Part shown: positions 59,963-64,000 of the stretch, piece after piece
How positions within the stretch are numbered: position 1 is the first letter of the stretch
Layout: each line of letters begins with the position of its first letter
From: Pyrinomonadaceae bacterium
GTDB lineage: Bacteria > Acidobacteriota > Blastocatellia > Pyrinomonadales > Pyrinomonadaceae
Assembly: GCA_041750995.1 (NCBI GenBank)
Contig: JBGSYG010000018.1
Span: 18,218-82,217, forward strand
Length of the DNA: 64,000 nt
Direction: 5' to 3'
Made by a program: the position numbers and the translations under genes
Notes under the pieces: model-generated
The model's database searches: none
What the model saw: only the letters and a program-made list of their open reading frames with translations
What the model was told of the DNA's origin: nothing

Positions 59963-60060
59963 GGAGTGCGAAGGCAAGCGCAGCGCGACACCGCTTTGGG
60001 TCTCATCGTGGCTTTAATACCCCAAACCGCCGTCGTCGCTTGGCGCTGCCTGCGCACTGC
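59963..60060. repeat. Imperfect GC-rich inverted repeat (arms 59963-60000 and 60020-60060)
   Basis: The reverse complement of arm B (GCAGTGCGCAGGCAGCGCCAAGCGACGACGGCGGTTTGGG) aligns with arm A (GGAGTGCGAAGGCAAGCGCAGCGCGACACCGCTTTGGG) with several mismatches and indels. Confidence 0.6.
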
Positions 60061-60163
60061 TATTGTGAAGCAAATTTCTTCACACAAAGTTCTGAGCGGC
60101 GGTGTTTGCCTAACAGAACACCTCTGCGTCTTTTAGAGTCTTAGACCTACATCGAGGAGCATC

Positions 60164-61336
60164 ATGAGCATACTGTCAATCGCCGCCGCGACCATTTTCT
60201 GTGGAGTTGGCTGTACGTTTTACGGAGTCGAGGCCCTCAACACCGATAGCCTCGTCCAGCAACAAAGCGCCAACGAAATCTCGTCCGACACTAGAGCAAA
60301 CATCCAAAAACTCGCTTCCGCAGATGCCAGGGAACGCACGGACGCTGCCTGCAGATTGGGTAAAGCGCGCGCGGTGGCCGCGATTCCGGGCTTGATCCAG
60401 TTGCTTAGCGATGACACGCCTGTAGAGCAGCCGGTGTGCGAAGAAAAAGGAAACTGGCGCGGCCGGGGAATGGACAAGACAACGCCTGGAGAGATGGCAG
60501 CGGTTGCTCTATCCCAAATCGGCAATGAAGCCGTTGAGCCGCTAATCGCCGCGTTGCGAAGCAGCGCCTGGCAAGCACGAGCGAACGCCGCGTTTGCCCT
60601 GGGACTAATTCATGATGACCGTGGAATAGAACCATTGATTTCGGCAACCCGAGATCCTGAGTCGCGCGTGCGCGAAAAGGCTTGCTGGTCGCTGGGACTC
60701 GTCGGTGACGATCGCGCGGTGGAGCCGTTGAGTGTCGCCCTGAAAGACGCCGACGCACGCGTGCGTTCCCAGGCGGCGTGGGCGCTAGGCTTGAAAGGCG
60801 ATGAGCGTTCCGTCGAGCCTCTGATACTCGCATTGCGGGATCAAAACGAAGAGGTGCAATCACAAGCGGCTTGGGCGCTCGGGCTTAAGGGCGACGATCG
60901 CGCCGTCGAACCTCTTACGATTGCATTGACGGCTGGTCACGAAGAGGTCCGGTCGCAAGCAGCGTGGGCTCTCGGTCTCAAAGGAAATTCAAAAGCAGTG
61001 GCGGCTCTAATCGTGGCGCTACGAGACCCCAACGCCGAGGTGCGTTCGCAGGCGGCGTGGGCCCTGGGACTGAAAGGCGACGAGCGCGCAGTTGAACCGC
61101 TCCGTAACGCTTTGAACGACTCAGACGCAAACGTGCGCAAACAGGCGCGTTGGGCTTTGGATCTCCGAGACCTAGAGAGCGGTCACCGCCGCGTGAAAAT
61201 CAAGAGCCGGGATATTGATGTGAATGTTGACGTTGACCCGAAGGTGGAAGTGGATAGCCCGGATGTCGACGTTGATGTTCGCGTCGAGCCCAAAGTGAAA
61301 GTTGAACCGAAGGTCAAAGTGAGAGTGAAGACCTAA
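60164..61336 (+). CDS. HEAT (PBS-lyase-type) repeat protein with hydrophobic N-terminus and alternating-charge C-terminal tail
   Basis: It has about 8 units of the type (E/R)VRSQAAWALGLKGDERAVEPLIxALRD. GAGGAG lies 5 nt before the ATG. The C-terminus is DVNVDVDPKVEVDSPDVDVDVRVEPKVKVEPKVKVRVKT. Confidence 0.85.
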   Translation: MSILSIAAATIFCGVGCTFYGVEALNTDSLVQQQSANEISSDTRANIQKLASADARERTDAACRLGKARAVAAIPGLIQLLSDDTPVEQPVCEEKGNWRGRGMDKTTPGEMAAVALSQIGNEAVEPLIAALRSSAWQARANAAFALGLIHDDRGIEPLISATRDPESRVREKACWSLGLVGDDRAVEPLSVALKDADARVRSQAAWALGLKGDERSVEPLILALRDQNEEVQSQAAWALGLKGDDRAVEPLTIALTAGHEEVRSQAAWALGLKGNSKAVAALIVALRDPNAEVRSQAAWALGLKGDERAVEPLRNALNDSDANVRKQARWALDLRDLESGHRRVKIKSRDIDVNVDVDPKVEVDSPDVDVDVRVEPKVKVEPKVKVRVKT

Positions 61337-61338
61337 AG

Positions 61339-61504
61339 AATTGAGTCATTGAGTCATTGAGTCATTGTGTGATTGTGTGATTGTGTGATTGTGTCATTTG
61401 AAGAGTGACCAATGATTCGATGATTTAATGATCCGATGACTCAATCACTAAATCGCTCAATGACTCATTCACTAAATCGCTCAATCACTAAATGACTCAA
61501 TCAC
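61339..61504. repeat. Mirrored octamer arrays: left arm 61339-61398 (ATTGAGTC x3, ATTGTGTG x4); right arm 61408-61504 (GACTCAAT / CACTAAAT / CGCTCAAT units)
   Basis: The period is 8. GACTCAAT is the reverse complement of ATTGAGTC. The right arm covers the last ~8 codons of purN. Confidence 0.9.
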
Positions 61505-62092
61505 GAGCCTGACTGCCTCTGCATAGAGCTTGTGCTCCTGCTCCAGAATTCGCGCTGCTAAAGATTCTTCGGTGTCTCCGGGAAGGACCGGCACCGCGCG
61601 TTGGGCGATGATCGGGCCACCATCAAGCGTTTCGTCAACGTAGTGAACCGTACAGCCGCTCGAAGCGACGCCGGCGTCGAGCGCTTGCTTGTGCGGATGA
61701 AGCCCAGGGAAATCGGGAAGCAGACTGGGATGAATATTCAGGATGCGGTTGCGGAACGCTGCAATGAACTCCGGCGAGAGCAAACGCATGTATCCGGCAA
61801 GACAGATAAGCTCAATCTGGCGCTCGCGTAGCGCTTTCGCAATTTCGCGATCGTGATCTTCACGACTCCGGCCGCGACGCTCAATTAGCAACGTCTCAAT
61901 ATTGCGTTCTTTCGCTCGCGCCAACCCTGCGGCACTCGCCTGATCGCTAATCACTAAAGCTACTTCAGCTTCCGGCACGCGTCCCTCACGAATCGCATCG
62001 GCGAGCGCCACCATGTTTGAGCCGCGTCCGGAAATCAATATTCCCAGCCGACAGATCTTCTCCGAATTAGGCAACCAACTTCCCCTGGACAT
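61481..62092 (-). CDS. purN: Phosphoribosylglycinamide formyltransferase
   Basis: The motifs GILISGRGSNM, LAGYMRLL, NIHPSLLP and HYVDE..DGGPII are present. The true start may lie downstream of the track ATG. Confidence 0.85.
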   Translation of the reverse strand: MSRGSWLPNSEKICRLGILISGRGSNMVALADAIREGRVPEAEVALVISDQASAAGLARAKERNIETLLIERRGRSREDHDREIAKALRERQIELICLAGYMRLLSPEFIAAFRNRILNIHPSLLPDFPGLHPHKQALDAGVASSGCTVHYVDETLDGGPIIAQRAVPVLPGDTEESLAARILEQEHKLYAEAVRLVIESFSD

Positions 62093-62148
62093 GTTGGACT
62101 ATCATGGTAAGGCCGGTGTGGACCAGATGAACGCCTTGGTAATTCCTC

Positions 62149-64000
62149 CTAGCCTTCTGTGCTTTTTTTCTTAGGTGTTCTGAGTTGGAAGACGTCGATC
62201 AAATAAGGATGCAGGCTGTTGCCACACCGTTGAGGATCTTTGACGCCGATAACGTATCCGGTCAGGGTATCTTTCGTGAGCCGGAAGCGGACAATCTGCT
62301 TAAACTTCTCGATTCTCGCCGCCCCACCACTCTCATTGTTATGCCCATTGAAGCCCAGACTCACGCCCAGATACCAACCTAACCAAACACAACTAAGAAA
62401 GGCGCCAAACACCGCACCGAGGAATATCGGAAACAACTGCCACCAACCTTTCCAACTAAACCACCATTCATATGTAGCGAACGGCACCGCGGTGCTGAAA
62501 GTGTGAGGCCAAAAAATCAGGTTCCAAAGCGTTGATGGTGTATCCGAGCCATTATTGATAAGCCAAGCATAGACCAGAGGCGGAAGGGCTAGCATCAACG
62601 CCCCGAATACAACCCAGGCGAGCGTTAATAACTTCCGTTGATTCTTGCGCATCAGTGATTTGCCGATCCACCAAAAAATGAAGATTAGGACCCCTGCTAA
62701 AAGTACCGTCAACCAGGTACCCTTTTTGATCAGGAACACAGCGATGCCGATCTGTAGGAGCGCGTGCCAAATCCCGATTGCTGCCATACCTAGCTTGCCG
62801 GCACCTCGCTGATGCTCACCGGCCACTTTCCAGGCAGCAATTACGAGTAAGACTGGAATTGCAATTACCACCAGCACCGAAACGATGTCAGCTACGAGAT
62901 AAGCTGCCGGGTTGGCCTTGCCGAAAACCCAGAGACCGATAGCAACAGCGAAGAAAGCGCAAGCGGCAAAAACCCAGGTTATTGCCCAATCGCGACGTCG
63001 TATCGCCCGCTGAGAGGCCTGTTCAAACAGCCAATCGCTGTACGTGAGACTTAGATAAATCGCGACTCCCGCCCAACACATGGTTAGTAGGACCATGAGA
63101 CTGTTACCGAAAGGCGTGATGAAGTTTCGATAAGGCATGACTAATAGAATGCCAATCAGGGCCTGCAGGATTGTCCAAAGCGTAAATCCCCGAATCGTCC
63201 GATTAACTTTTTTGACATGCTCCCGGTTATCGAACGGCTTTTTCGCAACGGCGGCTTTCTGCTTTACCTCCAGCCGGTCCTTCCATTCATCGTAATGCTG
63301 CCCCAGGCGAAATATAGCGAGTCCCATTACGGGTAGCGTCAATAGTAGAAGCCAAAACCCCCACGTGTACTCCGTGGGCCACACAGTTCTACACTTGCCC
63401 CAGAGATACAAGGGTTTATGTTGTTCGTCTGCTGTTTGGCAATCGGGATCACTTGAGAGCTTGGGATCCCACTTTTCTGTGAGGCCAACACTCATCAGGG
63501 CATTGGTCAAGATGGTGGGTTGAATATCTTCTTGTCGTTTTTTTGCTTCGGTTAGAGACTCTACGGTCGACTCATATCGCTCTGGCTGAGTGATCCCCAG
63601 AGCCACGAACGGCTTAAAATTGTGGATTGCGGGGCGGGTACTGTCGTCGGCGATCGCTGCGAAAGCCAGAATCAGCGCAACTAATCCGCCTACAAACCAT
63701 ACTCCACCGCCCTTAACAACTCGCCAGGGGTTGAAAATTTCGCCCGCCACGTGTTCGCGGGAATCGTCCTCATCCGGAAATAGAGCTTGTTCCCTGATTT
63801 CATCGACATAGGTCGTCGAGGGATGATGAAAGGCTCCGCCCAAACCGGACATTACGGAGGCGTAGTTGTCCCGCGTCAAAACTTCCTTAGGCGGAGCGTA
63901 GCGTCGCGTGGGTTGCGTGTTAGGCGAAGGCGGTCCCCAGTAGCGCGCGTAGTGGTGCACATCTCCAGCGAGGTCGAGTCGAATCTCATCATCGCCCAAT
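62149..64000 (-). CDS. Partial CDS (N-terminus beyond the right edge): metallophosphoesterase-like end fused to a large polytopic membrane domain
   Basis: The frame is open to the window edge. GDVHHYARY resembles the last metallophosphatase motif (GHVHxYER of purple acid phosphatases). At least 10 hydrophobic helices follow. Confidence 0.65.
   Translation of the reverse strand, partial: LGDDEIRLDLAGDVHHYARYWGPPSPNTQPTRRYAPPKEVLTRDNYASVMSGLGGAFHHPSTTYVDEIREQALFPDEDDSREHVAGEIFNPWRVVKGGGVWFVGGLVALILAFAAIADDSTRPAIHNFKPFVALGITQPERYESTVESLTEAKKRQEDIQPTILTNALMSVGLTEKWDPKLSSDPDCQTADEQHKPLYLWGKCRTVWPTEYTWGFWLLLLTLPVMGLAIFRLGQHYDEWKDRLEVKQKAAVAKKPFDNREHVKKVNRTIRGFTLWTILQALIGILLVMPYRNFITPFGNSLMVLLTMCWAGVAIYLSLTYSDWLFEQASQRAIRRRDWAITWVFAACAFFAVAIGLWVFGKANPAAYLVADIVSVLVVIAIPVLLVIAAWKVAGEHQRGAGKLGMAAIGIWHALLQIGIAVFLIKKGTWLTVLLAGVLIFIFWWIGKSLMRKNQRKLLTLAWVVFGALMLALPPLVYAWLINNGSDTPSTLWNLIFWPHTFSTAVPFATYEWWFSWKGWWQLFPIFLGAVFGAFLSCVWLGWYLGVSLGFNGHNNESGGAARIEKFKQIVRFRLTKDTLTGYVIGVKDPQRCGNSLHPYLIDVFQLRTPKKKSTEG

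Noticed and set aside
59921-60163. T-box leader upstream of tyrS
   Set aside because: No specifier-loop/T-box consensus (AAUUAGGGUGGUACCGCG-like) is visible. The region consists of a heptamer array and a GC-rich inverted repeat.
1755-61504. Whether any of the tandem arrays is a CRISPR array
   Set aside because: The repeat period is 7-8 nt with no unique spacers between units. No cas genes are present in the window. The arrays are not CRISPR.
1-64000. Mobile genetic element, prophage or defence island
   Set aside because: I recognise no integrase, transposase, recombinase, phage structural gene, restriction or toxin-antitoxin gene, no tRNA attachment site, and no flanking long direct repeats. 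The window reads as core chromosome with signalling and accessory metabolism.

Overview
This is a 64-kb chromosomal segment with about 50 protein-coding genes on both strands. I recognise no rRNA or tRNA gene, CRISPR array, transposase or integrase. The gene content looks Acidobacteriota-like (inference): three Hanks-type Ser/Thr kinases with TolB-N-like/TPR regions, three secreted vWA proteins of the 'VWFA-related acidobacterial' type, a CarboxypepD_reg-type TonB-dependent receptor and a 1712-aa PAS/GAF hybrid histidine kinase. Housekeeping genes are icd, purE, xseA-xseB-ispA, an S9A oligopeptidase, rluD, serC, serA, tyrS, purN and a thiolase. Several accessory items stand out. (1) egtD (histidine-betaine methyltransferase) is packed in one operon with an EgtUV/OpuC-type ABC transporter and has no egtB next to it. 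(2) An 86-aa protein built from five PPTGGGGG repeats sits behind a kinase gene. (3) A redox-flavoured neighbourhood holds a glutaredoxin-like protein, a 2Fe-2S protein, a rhodanese, a CxxC-less TrxR-like flavoprotein, DUF309, DUF4149, a GrdB/PrdB-like protein and a strictosidine-synthase-like protein. (4) An orphan type III PKS has a sigma-54-like promoter. (5) Tandem vWA genes lie divergent from a kinase. The most striking signal is non-coding. At least 12 intergenic spacers are filled with 7- or 8-nt tandem arrays drawn from a small shared vocabulary (GATTGCC, GGTCTTT, GAACTTT, CTTGGCG, GAGACACG, ATTGAGTC and others). These arrays are usually arranged as mirrored arms that could form very long imperfect hairpins. 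A second small family, a GC hairpin followed by ATGTTTAT, sits at gene 3' ends. The arrays also create spurious ORFs and false N-terminal extensions in the ORF track. All functional calls rest on motif recognition by eye; no database search was possible.
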